Origin: Azolla caroliniana
Lineage: Eukaryota; Plantae; Polypodiophyta
Direction of reading: 5' to 3'
Length of the DNA: 64,000 nucleotides
Assembly (NCBI GenBank): GCA_043228905.1
Contig: JBHGNT010000002.1
Span: forward strand, 19,034,001-19,098,000
Shown here piece by piece: positions 38,601-50,540 of this stretch; position 1 is the first letter of the stretch; each line of letters starts with the position of its first letter. A program made the translations under genes and the position numbers. The notes under the pieces are model-generated. The model saw nothing but the letters and a program-made list of their open reading frames with translations. It had not been told where the DNA came from and did no database searches.

Positions 38601-40705
38601 CGCTCGTGTGTTAAATTGACGTCAAGCTCGGTGGGCCCATTTTCTCACGTGTTTCGACTTCAAGATTACATATCGACCTGGGAAACATCAAGGGAAAGCA
38701 GATGCATTATCATGGCGTTCGTACCTAGCACCGTGTCCCGGCGAGCCAACTTTCGATAACCAAAAGCAAGTAATCTTGGGACCAGCACGACTACAAGCAA
38801 CACAGGTCTTTGGCATGCCCATGGATTCCCACGTTATCGATATCATACGTGCGGACCTGAAGACAGATGATTTCGCCCAAGCTATACTAGCACAAATTGA
38901 TCCCTCTCGAGCGTCGTGTTCACAGTCGCAACCACCAGGTACGGACTATCGGCAATTCAAATACCATGATGGATTACTCTTCTTTAAAGAACTTTTGTAT
39001 GTTCCTAATGGTTCTTGCCGCCTTCACGTAGTACAAAATTGTCATGACACATATACAGCTGGGCATTTTGGTAGTACTAAATCATTAGATTTAGTACAAC
39101 GATCATTCTGGTGGCCCCTTATGCGACAATTTGTCGAAGATTTTGTTCGGACTTGTGACACATGCTGCAGAGCGAAAATGCCAAGGCATCATCCATATGG
39201 TTTATTAGAACCATTACCAATTCCAAGCAAGCCGTGGTAATCCATTGCTCTAGACTTCATCACAGATCTTCCAGTCTCTAAGGGGTTCAATGCAATTCTA
39301 ACAGTGGTAGATCGATATACGAAGATGGCTCATTTTTTGCCATGTACTAAGGAAATCTCCAGTGAAGACACCGCCGAAATTTTCATGCGTGAAGTATGTC
39401 GACATCATGGACTTCCCGATAGTATCGTCAGTGACCGTGGACCCCAGTTCGTGTCAAAATTCTGGAAGCACCTTTTGTTACCGGCCGGCAAAGGAGTCCA
39501 GAGTGGGAAACGGAGAGTTAATTAAGTAGTACGAATGTGGTTGTAATTAAGCTATGAGTGTGGACGGACGGACCGGAAACGGTATGCCGTTCCGGATCCG
39601 GACCGATCCCGAACAGGTGCGGATGGCACCGTTTTGTAATACAGACCGGAAACCTATTTAAAGGCCCGGATACAATGTAATAGTTAGCGGTTAATTAATG
39701 AAAGCTTAAGCGTTGTTATCTCTCTGTGTTAATTACCGTTCTTTCTTAATTGTTATATCTTACGCGGGTGTTATGAAAGACGATCATAATAAGTAACTTA
39801 ATTAAGTCGGATTAAGCGTTGAAGTCTAATCCGGTTGCCGTAACACCCTTTGGTGAAGTATCTCCCGTAGACACCCTGTGTTAGGCCATTGTCCGGCCCG
39901 AAGAGTTAACACCTTTTTAAAATGCTCAAGGTCACTTGTAACCTCTCCTCCGGCTACCACCCACAAACCGACGGCCAAGCCGAACGAACAAATCAAACGC
40001 TGGAGCAGTACCTGCGGTGCTTTCTCAGATATCATCAGGATGACTGGGCAGATATTCTCCACTTCGCCGAATTTGCCTATACACGCATCGACTAAAGTTA
40101 CGCCATTTTATGCTTATATGGGATGTCACCCCCGGTGGTGTGTACTTGAAACCCCAGAGGTGTCCGCAAATCCTTGCGCGGAGGATCGTTTGGAGCGGTT
40201 ACGCAAGATGCAAGTGGATTTATCTACTCATCTCCAACAAGCTCAGCAAACACACAAGGTTTATGTGGATCATCATCGACTCCCATTCAGTTTTAACATT
40301 GGAGATCGGGTATGGCTACTCCGACGACACATCAAGACTACTCACCCATGCGAGAAGTTGGATTATCGGCGATTAGGTCCTTTTCGTATCATAGGAAAGA
40401 TTAATGATGTCGCTTTTCGTCTTGATCTACCTCCACAACTTCGGATACATCCGGTGTTTCATAGTTCTCTCCTTGAACCCTATCAAGAGAGCACCATCCC
40501 AGGACGTATTACACAACCTCCACCCCCAATCGAGCTTGAAGATGGACCTGAGTACGAGGTTGCCGCCATCCTTGATTCCAAGATTGTTCGCAACAAGCTC
40601 TACTATCTAGTCGATTGGCTAGGATATAGTCCTAGTGAGCGTACTTGGGAACCGATAGAGAATGTCACCAATGCTCGTGCTCTTCTTGAAGACTTTCATC
40701 ATTAA
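35623..40705 (+). pseudogene. pol: gag-pol (capsid, CCHC knuckle, protease, RT, RNase H, integrase, chromodomain) with frameshifts and stops
   Basis: EPKIGLPTKFDG, CLYCGGPWHIAVNC, LLDSGAN, YLDDLLVYS, EVDASDFALG, NYEIHDKELLA, GPFRI, EYEVAAILDSK...YLVDWLGY...TWEP. Confidence 0.93.
39476..39911 (+). mobile_element. Solo LTR inserted in the integrase of the nested chromovirus
   Basis: TG...CA ends; TSD CCTTT (39471-39475 and 39912-39916); same family as 30599-31033. Confidence 0.92.
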
Positions 40706-42670
40706 TATCCAAACAAACCGGGTCCTCAATCCAAAACGACTCGTTACACTCGTCGTTTTAAAGGGGGGATAGTGTCATGATATGGCAAGACTCGAACCCA
40801 TGACCTTATGCTACATGGGTCGAGCTCTTGACCATTAGACCATACATTGTAATACGTAGAATATTATTTTCATTTATGTTTTATTATAGAAAATTGATGT
40901 ATATTCCAGATTTCTCTGGAACATTCTAGAAACTTCAGGAGTATTCCTTAGAACACTATAAAAGGAGGCACGAGGCATTATTTCGAACCAAATCGGTTCA
41001 ACGCGAGTCTTAAGCCTCCTAGCTACTACTGTACATTCTCTTCACATAATATATATATTTTCTTATCAGCTCTCTCTCCCTCCCTCTCACTCACTCTTTC
41101 CTTCTCTCGAGAGTTCTTCACCTCTCTTAGTACTAATACTTCTTTTAGTACTAATTCCTTCTCTATCTTAGTACTGTTCCTGACACTACTTCATCCGGTT
41201 CTCACCGGTTTTCTTTATCCGGTTCTTATCGGGTTTGCTTCATTCGGTTCTCACCAGTTTTCTTTATCCAGTTCTTACTGGGTCCTCCTTACCGGTCCTC
41301 TTTGTCCGTTTCTCACTGACTCTCACCGGCCTTCTTCATCCAGCTCTTGTCAGGTCTGCTTCGTCCAGTTCTCACCGGGTACTCTTCATCTAGTTCTTGT
41401 CGGCTCTCCATGTCCCATCCGGAGGAACCAAAAATGCAATTTTCTCATAGTGTGCGAATTACACTACGACAACGTCCCGGAGACTGCTCAAGCTGCTTCC
41501 TTCATCCGGGTGGGGAGTCTGCTGCACGCGGAGTGACTTCGCGGCCACTCGCCGAATTACTTTGGAAAATGATCAATCCGCACGGATCTCTTCTGCCGCC
41601 TGATGGAAAATCTCTTGCTTCCGCAATCGTTCGGCAAGTCTTCTTGCTCGCTCCATAACCAGGTCGTTCGTTGGTCTAGTCATCCATTCCCGCCGTTGTT
41701 CACTGCGTTGGTGCAGGAATCGTGGTTGCCAAAAGCTGTGTTATCGCTAGGGCCGGACAATGGCCTAACACAAGGTGTCCCTTTGAGACACTTCACCAAA
41801 GGGGTGTTGCGGTGAGATAAACTTAGACCGAACTATTAATGAAAGCCTAATTGGTTACTAATCGGCAAGATCATTGGTCACAACACACGCGTAAGATAGA
41901 TTTCACTCAACACAGAACGACAATTAACTTGATTAAGATACAAAACAACAACACTCTTATTAATTATCTGCTAATTCATTACAACCAGACCGGTTCCTTT
42001 TATAGGCCCACCGGCTCTAGGTACAAACCAGTGCTAACCGGCAACCGGCTACGAACCGGTCCAAATCCGGATCTGCATACCAATTCCAGGTCCGTCCGTT
42101 CGGTTCTCAAAATCATAACAATTCTATATCATAGATAATCAGCTCCTGGTTATTAAATATCCCCCTTTTCCCATTTTGGACTTCCCTTGTCGGTCGGCTA
42201 ACATAAAGTCTCATCTTGCGACATCATTCAAAATGAAGGATCTAGGGGACCTTCATCCTCAGGATTGAAGTGATCCGAACCCCCGAAGGCATATTGATCA
42301 TCCAATACCATTATGTGTTGAATATGCTCTTCAAGTTCGGGATGAGGGATTGTAAGTCCGTCTCAACCCCTCTGGACAAAAACGTGAAGCTTCACCAAAA
42401 TTTGAGCATAGCGTGCAACCCGACATGGTTCTGACAAATTATCGGAAGCCTCATTTATTTGATGATCATGTTGTCCGTGGGCCAAAATAGTAATATATGT
42501 GAATCACAATAAGTATTAGGTAGTTGTAGGTCAACAACCGAAAGCAATCAGAAGCAGCCAAAATAAACACAACCGAAAATGTGGAAAAAGAAGGAGTGCG
42601 CTAGGGAACATCTATATAAGGAGCAACAGATCGAAGGAAGATATAGGAGGGAAGTTTGAGGTTACTACGT

Positions 42671-45600
42671 TTTCGTGAAGATTTTCGTCCACAAGCGGAA
42701 ACCCGAGCAACGAGAGCCAAAGAGCGTTGTGCAATGTTGCACACGTACATAATGTATTTGTAATAGTAATAAAGGTATAAAGGTGATGTGGTCTTGTACG
42801 CACAACCATGCGCGAGAGAGAGAGAGGTACTATGCGGTACATAGGTACCTAGTTGTTTGTGAGGAGGTGGGAGTTAAGGGGGCCATCAATCTCACCCTCC
42901 CCAAATCAAGGCAAATATCCCCTTTGAATGAAAGGGGATATTTTAGTCTCACTTTTGTAAACGGTCTTCCCTCCTTGTGCTATAAGAGGAGAGGGAAGGC
43001 ACCATTGAGGGGGTTGCCTATTTTGAGTGTGCGAGGTATACCACATAGGTCGAGCGTTAGGGTTAGGGTTAGGGTTTCTTGATCTTTATCTTCATCTTCG
43101 TCGGTTAGGGTTTCGAGTAGTCGTTTGGTGCGGCCTACGCGGCCACCATTTTGTAATCGTTCATTTCGTTTTAACATATCTTGTTGATCTTCTTGTCTCC
43201 ATCTTCCTCTTGTTCGAGTTAATCTCTTGTTCATTCTTCTCCTTCTTGAGCAAAGCTTCCATTCCATGTCCGATTCCTTCTCCTCTACTCCTTAGTCCAA
43301 GACCCCCGTGGTCCCGCCCTTCTCCACGCACGCGTGTAGCAACGCGACATCTTTGGTGAACCCGACGTGAAGAGGCGGCAAGGGAGGGAAGAGATGGAAG
43401 CCGGAGACATCGCGGAAGTAATTACGAGAATGGCAAGGGATTTCGCAAGAAGGAGAGAAAGACGGGAAGAGGCGTACAAGTACGATCGACGCGAGTTCGA
43501 TCTATGGGTGTCGTCAGCAAAGGCTCCTCGAAGCGCAATGAAGGCATTCTGGGAGTTCGATCTCCGGTTTTCCCACCTTTCGGTCCGGGATCAAGAATCG
43601 GTGGGGGCGGACAAGGTTCCACTATTCTTGAAGTCGGTCAACGAAAGGGGGAGAATGGCCATTTTTCCCTACCTCGAAGACGATGAAGGGGCGTACGGCC
43701 TTACCGAAGATTGGAACGAGGTGGAATGGGCGTGCATACAATGCGATGAGAGGCGGTCGGCCACAACGCGGCCCGCGAGCGGCGGAGAAGAGAGAGCGGC
43801 GACTGACTACGCACTACCGCCGGAAGAGAGCTCAACGCAAATCGGTTCAGAGGAGCTCGACATCGAAGCCTTGGTGCAGGAAACGTACGAGATCGTAGAG
43901 GCACAAATCGAAGCCGAAGAAGGGCTTATTGCGGATTCGGGGCCGAGCGGATCGGAGGATGAGGAGGCCGAAAGAGAATGGTACATCGGTACCACAGGAG
44001 AGGGTGCGGAGCGAGCCACCCTCTCGACATGCAGAGAAAGATCGACCGAGGACGAGGTCGGGGACGGTGAGGCGGCGATCGCCGGTTCAAGTGGACATGA
44101 GGGAGTTCGGGCATGGAGGCCCGAAACATCGAGCGGGGAGAAGATGGGTGGTGGTGTCGGGACCTTACGCACACCGGGCCTAGAGACTCCGGCAACCGGC
44201 TCGAGAGCCGGTGTGAGACCTAGAGTGATGGGCGATGGCGGCGGCAAGGCAGGCGACCACGATGGTGACATGGGAGAGGGTGCGGAAAGAGCGACCCTCT
44301 CGTCTTGCGGCGAATGGACGGCCATGGAGGCCGGTAACTACGGATTCGGGACATGGCGGCCCGAAACATCGAGTGAGGAGGAGACAAGCGGCGGTGCCGC
44401 GACCTTACACACACCGGCCCTAGAGGCACCGGCGGTCGGCTTGAGTGCCTGCATGAGACCTAGAGCAACGGGCGGTGGCGGCGGCAAGACGGGCAACCGA
44501 GATAACGGTATGGAGACCGTGGAAGAGGAGGCGGCAAGCATAATTGATGCTTGCATATACAGAGGCGGGGTAGCCACGGATGACGATGTCCGAATGAAGG
44601 TGGCTACGGGCATAGCATCGATGAGCGGCGGCATTGCTACCTTACACGCATCGGTTCAAGAGACCCCGGCGGCCAGCCCGAGTGCCCGCGTGAGGCCTAG
44701 GGTAATGAACGGTGGCGGCGGCAGGGCGGACGACCACGGGGACGATATGGGAGAGGGTGCGGAGCGAGCGACCCTCTCGACTTGTGGAGAGAGGACGGCC
44801 ATGGATGAGGCCAATATCTACGGAGCAATGGACGCCACTTCGAGAGTGGGCGAAAGTTTCGGGACGCGGTTGCCCAAATCGTTCTACGAGGAATTCACGA
44901 GCATACTCGAGGCTTGCGAGATCGAGGAAGAAGAGGAGACGAGCGGCGGTGCCGTGACCTTCCACACACTGGTCCTAGAGACTCCGACAACCGGCCCGAG
45001 AGCCGGTGTGAGACCTAGAGAGACGGACGGTGGCAGCGGCAAGGCGGGCAACCAAAATGACGAAGAGGAGGTTTGTAGCGGACGGAGTTGAGATCCCTCG
45101 ACACCGGGGCCGGAGACTTCGGCGGTTGCACCCGAGCGCGGACATAAGACCCGAGAGATGGGCGGTGGCCGTGAGGATAGGAGGTCTAGTGGGCACGGTG
45201 ATCACGGCTTGCTAGAAGACCGAGAGCGAGAGGGACCTTCCACACCCATTCTAGAGACTTCATCGGTTGCGGATCAACGTGAGACCGGAGAGACGGCGGG
45301 GGGCGGCGAGGAGTCGGAGGCCGAAGCGAACAAAGTTATCGGAGCGGGTATCCGGTATGAGATGATGGATTAGCGGGTCCAAGATGGCGAGCCTGGGTCG
45401 GAACGGGCTACGGTGACAAAGGAAGAAGTGGCCGACGCGGAGGTCGGGTCTACGGCGGGTGAAGGGCGTAACACGAAGCATGCATTATGGTCGGTGAAGG
45501 GCCCAAGAACGAGCATGCATCCGAGAGAGCGTCAACGAGTGACCGGAAACGGTGGACCGATTGAGCCTTTGAGAGGCGAGGACTCGGTGGTGGACCGAGA

Positions 45601-47310
45601 GTGGGAGGAACCCTCCACACCTACCCGTGAGGCATCAACGGTCGCGGATCGAAAGGAGAACGAGGAAACGGTGGGTGGCGGCGAGGAGTTGGAGACCGAC
45701 GCGGAGGTCGGGTCTACGGCGGAAGCGCGACACGAGACGCATGCAATACGGCCGGTGGAGGGCCAAGACACAAGCATGCATACGGCAGATGGGCGACAAC
45801 GATTGACCGACGATGATGGTCGGGTCAAGCCTTCGAGAGGCAAGCGTGGGACGAAGGACAGCGCAGAGAAACACCAAGACCGACGACATGGGCCGAGCGC
45901 GATCGGCATGAGCGGAGAGTCGTATCTAGAGAACCGAAGAAGGTGCGCGGAGAGCAACGGGCTACGCGTCGGGAAGAGGAAGCGCGGCTTCCCGGAGGGC
46001 ATGCAAGGCCAAGCGGGCCAAGAGGGTGCAAGTCGAGGCGAAGCGGTAACGAGAGCCTCGAGGGACACCGACACGGAGGTCGGGATGACAATACGCTCTA
46101 CCGCGAGAGAGCACGGCGAACAACGAAGAAAGCCTACGGAAGGCAAGCGCGGGGCGGAGAGAGTCGGCACGCCGAGGTGTGCGGCACGCAAAGGGCGGAA
46201 TCCAGCATGCGACCGGGAGCGCATCCGGAGGATATACGAGGCGGACAAAGGAAGAGCAACCGGGTCGGCAACGGCGTTCGGGAGGACCGAACAGGGAGGA
46301 AAGCACGGGCATCGGATACGGCGGGTCAGATGTAGTTGGAGGTTCAAGGACCCACGGTGGACGTGGCGGATCGGGTGGAGGCAACGACTCGGCGAACATC
46401 GTCGAGTGTGGCAGATCGGATGGCGCCGACGGTTCGAGACCATTCGGCGAGGATGGTGGACCGGAAGGCGGCGGTGGTTCGTGTGGACAAGGTGGTCTTG
46501 CTCAAAGTGGAAGACAAAACCGGGCGGGCCCACGAGGACGCTAAGGACTCGGTCGGTCGTTGTGGCTGAAAATCTCGTGTTCTCTCCCCTATGTTTTGGC
46601 ACATACCAGAGGATGTGCGGTTAGGTGGGGGCGGATGTCGTGAAGATTTTCGTCCACAAGTGGAAACCCGAGCAACGAGAGCCAAAGAGCGATGTGTAAC
46701 GTTGCACACGTACATAATGTATTTGTAATAGTAATAAAGGTATAAAGGTGATGTGGTCTTGTACGCACAACCACGCGAGAGAGAGAGAGAGAGAGAGAGA
46801 GGTACTATGCGGTACATAGGTACCTAGTTGTTTGTGAGGAGGTGGGAGTTAAGGGGGCCATCAATCTCACCCTCCCCAAATCAAGGCAAATATCCCCTTT
46901 GAATGAAAGGGGATATTTTAGTCTCACTTTTGTAAACGGTCTTCCCTCCTTGTGCTATAAGAGGAGAGGGAAGGCACCATTGAGGGGGTTGCCTATTTTG
47001 AGTGTGCGAGGTATACCACATAGGTCGAGCGTTAGGGTTAGGGTTAGGGTTTCTTGATCTTTATCTTCATCTTCGTCGGTTAGGGTTTCGAGTAGTCGTT
47101 TGGTGCGGCCTACGCGGCCACCATTTTGTAATCGTTCATTTCGTTTTAACATATCTTGTTGATCTTCTTGTCTCCATCTTCCTCTTGTTCGAGTTAATCT
47201 CTTGTTCATTCTTCTCCTTCTTGAGCAAAGCTTCCATTCCATGTCCGATTCCTTCTCCTCTACTCCTTAGTCCAAGACCCCCGTGGTCCCGCCCTTCTCC
47301 ACGCACGCGC
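42671..47310 (+). mobile_element. Non-autonomous LTR retroelement (LARD-like); LTRs 42671-43349 and 46636-47310 (3' end interrupted); tRNA-Trp PBS
   Basis: Near-identical direct repeats of about 680 bp; TGGTGAACCCGACGTGA at 43354-43370; PPT AGGTGGGGGCGGA at 46623-46635; no RT or integrase motifs. Confidence 0.88.
43367..45091 (+). CDS. Gag-remnant ORF extended by acidic Gly/Glu/Ala-rich repeats (574 aa)
   Basis: Starts at the PBS; N-terminal EFDLRFSHLS...DKVPLFLKSV...GLTEDWNEV resembles a Gypsy gag segment (inference); repeats GEGAERATLSxC three times. Confidence 0.5.
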   Translation: MKRRQGREEMEAGDIAEVITRMARDFARRRERREEAYKYDRREFDLWVSSAKAPRSAMKAFWEFDLRFSHLSVRDQESVGADKVPLFLKSVNERGRMAIFPYLEDDEGAYGLTEDWNEVEWACIQCDERRSATTRPASGGEERAATDYALPPEESSTQIGSEELDIEALVQETYEIVEAQIEAEEGLIADSGPSGSEDEEAEREWYIGTTGEGAERATLSTCRERSTEDEVGDGEAAIAGSSGHEGVRAWRPETSSGEKMGGGVGTLRTPGLETPATGSRAGVRPRVMGDGGGKAGDHDGDMGEGAERATLSSCGEWTAMEAGNYGFGTWRPETSSEEETSGGAATLHTPALEAPAVGLSACMRPRATGGGGGKTGNRDNGMETVEEEAASIIDACIYRGGVATDDDVRMKVATGIASMSGGIATLHASVQETPAASPSARVRPRVMNGGGGRADDHGDDMGEGAERATLSTCGERTAMDEANIYGAMDATSRVGESFGTRLPKSFYEEFTSILEACEIEEEEETSGGAVTFHTLVLETPTTGPRAGVRPRETDGGSGKAGNQNDEEEVCSGRS

Positions 47311-48122
47311 TGTCGAGGTTTTTCCTCGCGGATGCGTGGAATGAGGCGGGACCTCGGGGGTCCTGTACCGAAGAGCAAGAGAGAAGGGAGAAGAGACCCA
47401 CTACGTGCGAGAGTAGATTCACAGGGACACGGCCCTATGACACAAAGACGCGAGTGGGACAGCGACACAGAGAGACACGAATGTATGTATGTATTAACAA
47501 AGAGAGACAACAAAACACGAAGTCGATTACAACCGAACAGGCCGGCAAACAGATGCCGATACCTGTTCGTAAACGCACAGAAAGGAAGAAGTAGGTTGGA
47601 GGTGCTGCCGGAAGCACTCGGGCATTCCTCAGAGTAGCACGAGCCTCCCGAAACCTGCACAGAAGGAAGCTATGGAGTTTCTATTATAGATCATAGTACT
47701 AATGTAAGCTTAAGATAAGGATAATGAAAAGATAGATAGAAAGGAGAAAGAGAAAGAAGGGTGCCGATCCACCCGACCACCCCCGAGCGAAGGGATCGAG
47801 ACGGACTCGAGCCTCGATCGGCGTCCCATACCACCGCCGTGGCGTCGAGTCGTACCTGGTGCTGGCGCGCTCGCTACAAGAGTTGACCCACCACACGAGC
47901 AGAGTCTCGATGTAGTCAAAAGATGATCAAATGAGGGTAGCTAGGCCTCTTATTTATAGCGATACCCAAGGCCCCCAGACAAGTTCACACTTGACCTAAT
48001 GGGTTGTCTCAATCCCGAGGATTAAAAGTAATCCTCCCCTTCTTTACACTCTCATTTAACCCTCACACTTATCCACGTGTATAGAATACTACGGTAAATT
48101 CTTACCACGGGATATTATATGG

Positions 48123-50540
48123 TCATGCCCGTAACATACTCCCCCTCTTTAAAACATTGCACTCTTGCAATGGAAAGTTAGGGAAGTTAGTTCTAAGAGT
48201 ATTTTCGCGTTCCCATGTGGCATCTTTTATTGATTTATCCATCCATTTTATTTTGAATTCTCGGATTTCTTTAGTATGTAATTTTTTTGTTTTAACATCG
48301 AGAATTCTTTCTGGCACATGTGGTTTAGAAGATAATTCTTCAGAAGTAACCAGAGTTTCAGTTGTAACTGTATTGTCGCCAGAACCTAGAAGTTCTTTTA
48401 GACGACTCACATGAAAGACTGGATGAATTCCGACACCATCGGGAAGAGCGAGACGATAGGCTGATGACCCAATGCGTTTGAGGACTGTAAAAGGTCCACA
48501 AAACCGTGGGGCTAACTTAGCGCACTTACCCGTAGACAATGTCTTAGAATTGTGAGGTACACATAAAAATACCTTCTGTCCAGGGTTGAATACACGAGGT
48601 TGCCTATGATGATCGGCATAAAAACGCGCTCTATCTTGAGCTGTTTTTATATTATCTCGTGCAATATGCAACATATCTTGCATATCCCGAAGAAAGTTTT
48701 GCGTACTTCGCAACTCATCATGATGTATATTAACATCAATCGGGGCTCGTGGCTGAAAACCATACATCAACATAAAAGGACTATATCCCGTCGACATATT
48801 CTTGGAGCTGTTATAAGCAAACTCCAAAATTGGGAGATAACGTTCCCATTTTGTTGGTTTTGCACCAACGTATGCTCGAAGCATGTCCTCAATAATTTGA
48901 TTTACTCGTTCTGTCTGTCCATCGGATTGAGGATGATCCGTGGAGCTCATGCTCAACGTAGTTTCTAACTTCTTAAAGACTTGCGTCCAGAAGTCACTAG
49001 TAAACTTTGGATCTCGATCACTCACGATATCCATCGGTAACCCATAAAAACGAAACAATTCGTCAATGAATTGGTAAGCCAGTTCAGGAGCTGTTACCGT
49101 GGTTTTAGTAGCAATAAATCTGGCCATTTTAGTTAGTCGATCAACGACAACCCAGATGGCATCATGACCTTTTTGGGTGCGAGGAAGGCTAACAATAAAA
49201 TCCATGGATATGCTTTCCCACTTATTATTGGGAATGTCCAAGGGATGTAAAAGTCCTGCGGCTTTAAGTCGCTCGACTTTGTTAACCTGACACTGGTGAC
49301 ATTTAGTCACATAGCTATGTATGTTAGGACGCATCTTAGGCCAATAAAATTGAGTGGAGATGAGAACGAGTGTACGATGTATTCCAAGGTGCCCTGCTGA
49401 GGGTGCATCATGGCATTCAAAAAGAATCCTCTTTTTGACCTCGGGTAAATCTAGAACACAAACCTTCCCATTACGGTAGAGCAAACCGTTAGCAATGTGG
49501 AAGTATTCCTTCGAGGATGTGGTGGTGTCTGTTCCAGACTCAACTCTTGCCCAGTATTTTGCGAAATAACTGTCATCAGGATACTTTCCTCGAAGGTGAT
49601 CATAAAGATCTGATGATATTGCAGTGAAGCTAAGCATGTTAACTTCACGGATGCGACTTAGTGCATCAGCGACAGTGTTCATGGAACCTTTACGATATCG
49701 TATGGAAAAATCAAAGTCCTGGATGAGATCCGCCCATCGTGCCTTACGACCTTTCAGATCTTGTTGGTCACAAAAATATTTCAAGGACTCGTGGTCCGTA
49801 GTTACCACAAAGTGATTTCCATAAAGATAATGGCGCCATGTTTTGAGCGCATGTATAACTGCAAATAATTCCTTTTCTTGAACGGTATACCGACATTGAG
49901 CAGAATCAAGTTTCTTACTCTCGAATGCTATTGGTTTACCATCTTGATACAAGACAGCACCTATAGCATAATCGCTTGCATCGGTTTCAACCTCAAAAGG
50001 TTTTGAAGGATCAGGTAAAAGAAGTGAAGGAGCCTTGCAAACCAGGTCCTTGAGTTCCTTAAAGGCAAGGTCTAGTGTAGCATTCCACACAATAGGTTTT
50101 GTAGACTTATGCGTTTGACCTTTTAAAAGATCAGTAAACGGCGTCGTCAATTGGGAGTAATTACGAAGAGACTTTCGCAAAAACCCCACAAAACCAAGGA
50201 ATGATCGGACTTCTTGAATATTCCGAAGAGTGGGCCAAAGCTTGATTTTCTCAATGTGAGAAGGATCAATTTCAACTCCTCCTTCGGTTATGAGATGTCC
50301 TAGATAAGTAATTGATTTCTTGAAGAACTCACATTTTGAGATCTTCGCATAAAACTGTTTGTCACGCAATGTTTGTAAAACAAAGCGGACATGTCTAGCA
50401 TGTTCTTGTAATGTACGGCTATAAACTAAAATATCATCCAAGAAAATAACGACAAATTTTCCAAGTTGTTCTCGGAAAATGTCATTCATTTCTTGTTGAA
50501 AAGTAGCCGGAGCATTGGTCAAACCAAAAGGCATAACCAA
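48123..50540 (-). CDS. pol: Gypsy pol: RT core, RNase H, integrase, chromodomain (805-aa open segment; RT N-terminus frameshifted at 50597-50938)
   Basis: [36 protein letters not shown]...[35 protein letters not shown]...IKW...ATWE. Confidence 0.95.
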   Translation of the reverse strand: MVMPFGLTNAPATFQQEMNDIFREQLGKFVVIFLDDILVYSRTLQEHARHVRFVLQTLRDKQFYAKISKCEFFKKSITYLGHLITEGGVEIDPSHIEKIKLWPTLRNIQEVRSFLGFVGFLRKSLRNYSQLTTPFTDLLKGQTHKSTKPIVWNATLDLAFKELKDLVCKAPSLLLPDPSKPFEVETDASDYAIGAVLYQDGKPIAFESKKLDSAQCRYTVQEKELFAVIHALKTWRHYLYGNHFVVTTDHESLKYFCDQQDLKGRKARWADLIQDFDFSIRYRKGSMNTVADALSRIREVNMLSFTAISSDLYDHLRGKYPDDSYFAKYWARVESGTDTTTSSKEYFHIANGLLYRNGKVCVLDLPEVKKRILFECHDAPSAGHLGIHRTLVLISTQFYWPKMRPNIHSYVTKCHQCQVNKVERLKAAGLLHPLDIPNNKWESISMDFIVSLPRTQKGHDAIWVVVDRLTKMARFIATKTTVTAPELAYQFIDELFRFYGLPMDIVSDRDPKFTSDFWTQVFKKLETTLSMSSTDHPQSDGQTERVNQIIEDMLRAYVGAKPTKWERYLPILEFAYNSSKNMSTGYSPFMLMYGFQPRAPIDVNIHHDELRSTQNFLRDMQDMLHIARDNIKTAQDRARFYADHHRQPRVFNPGQKVFLCVPHNSKTLSTGKCAKLAPRFCGPFTVLKRIGSSAYRLALPDGVGIHPVFHVSRLKELLGSGDNTVTTETLVTSEELSSKPHVPERILDVKTKKLHTKEIREFKIKWMDKSIKDATWERENTLRTNFPNFPLQECNVLKRGSMLRA

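Larger units (their letters stand above)
35166..41185 (+). mobile_element. Full-length Gypsy chromovirus (Tcn1/Tf1-sushi-like); LTRs 35166-35527 and 40773-41185
   Basis: TSD CTACT (35161-35165 and 41186-41190); TG...CA LTRs, the left with a deletion of about 50 bp; PPT AAAGGGGGGATAG at 40760-40772. Confidence 0.95.
30343..42203. mobile_element. LTR retroelement lacking its own gag-pol; 465-bp LTRs (30343-31247 interrupted, 41739-42203)
   Basis: TGTTATCG...TAACA direct repeats of high identity; 5-bp TSD TAAAG (30338-30342 and 42204-42208); orientation ambiguous, see findings. Confidence 0.9.

Noticed and set aside
45413-46817. Overlapping 403-aa (+) and 356-aa (-) ORFs as real genes
   Set aside because: GC-rich repetitive interior of a non-autonomous element; low-complexity translations with no recognisable domain.
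79-48136. LTRs at 79-531 and 47682-48136 as the two ends of one giant element
   Set aside because: The PBS lies left of the first LTR and the PPT right of the second, so they belong to two separate minus-strand copies; they are also visibly diverged.
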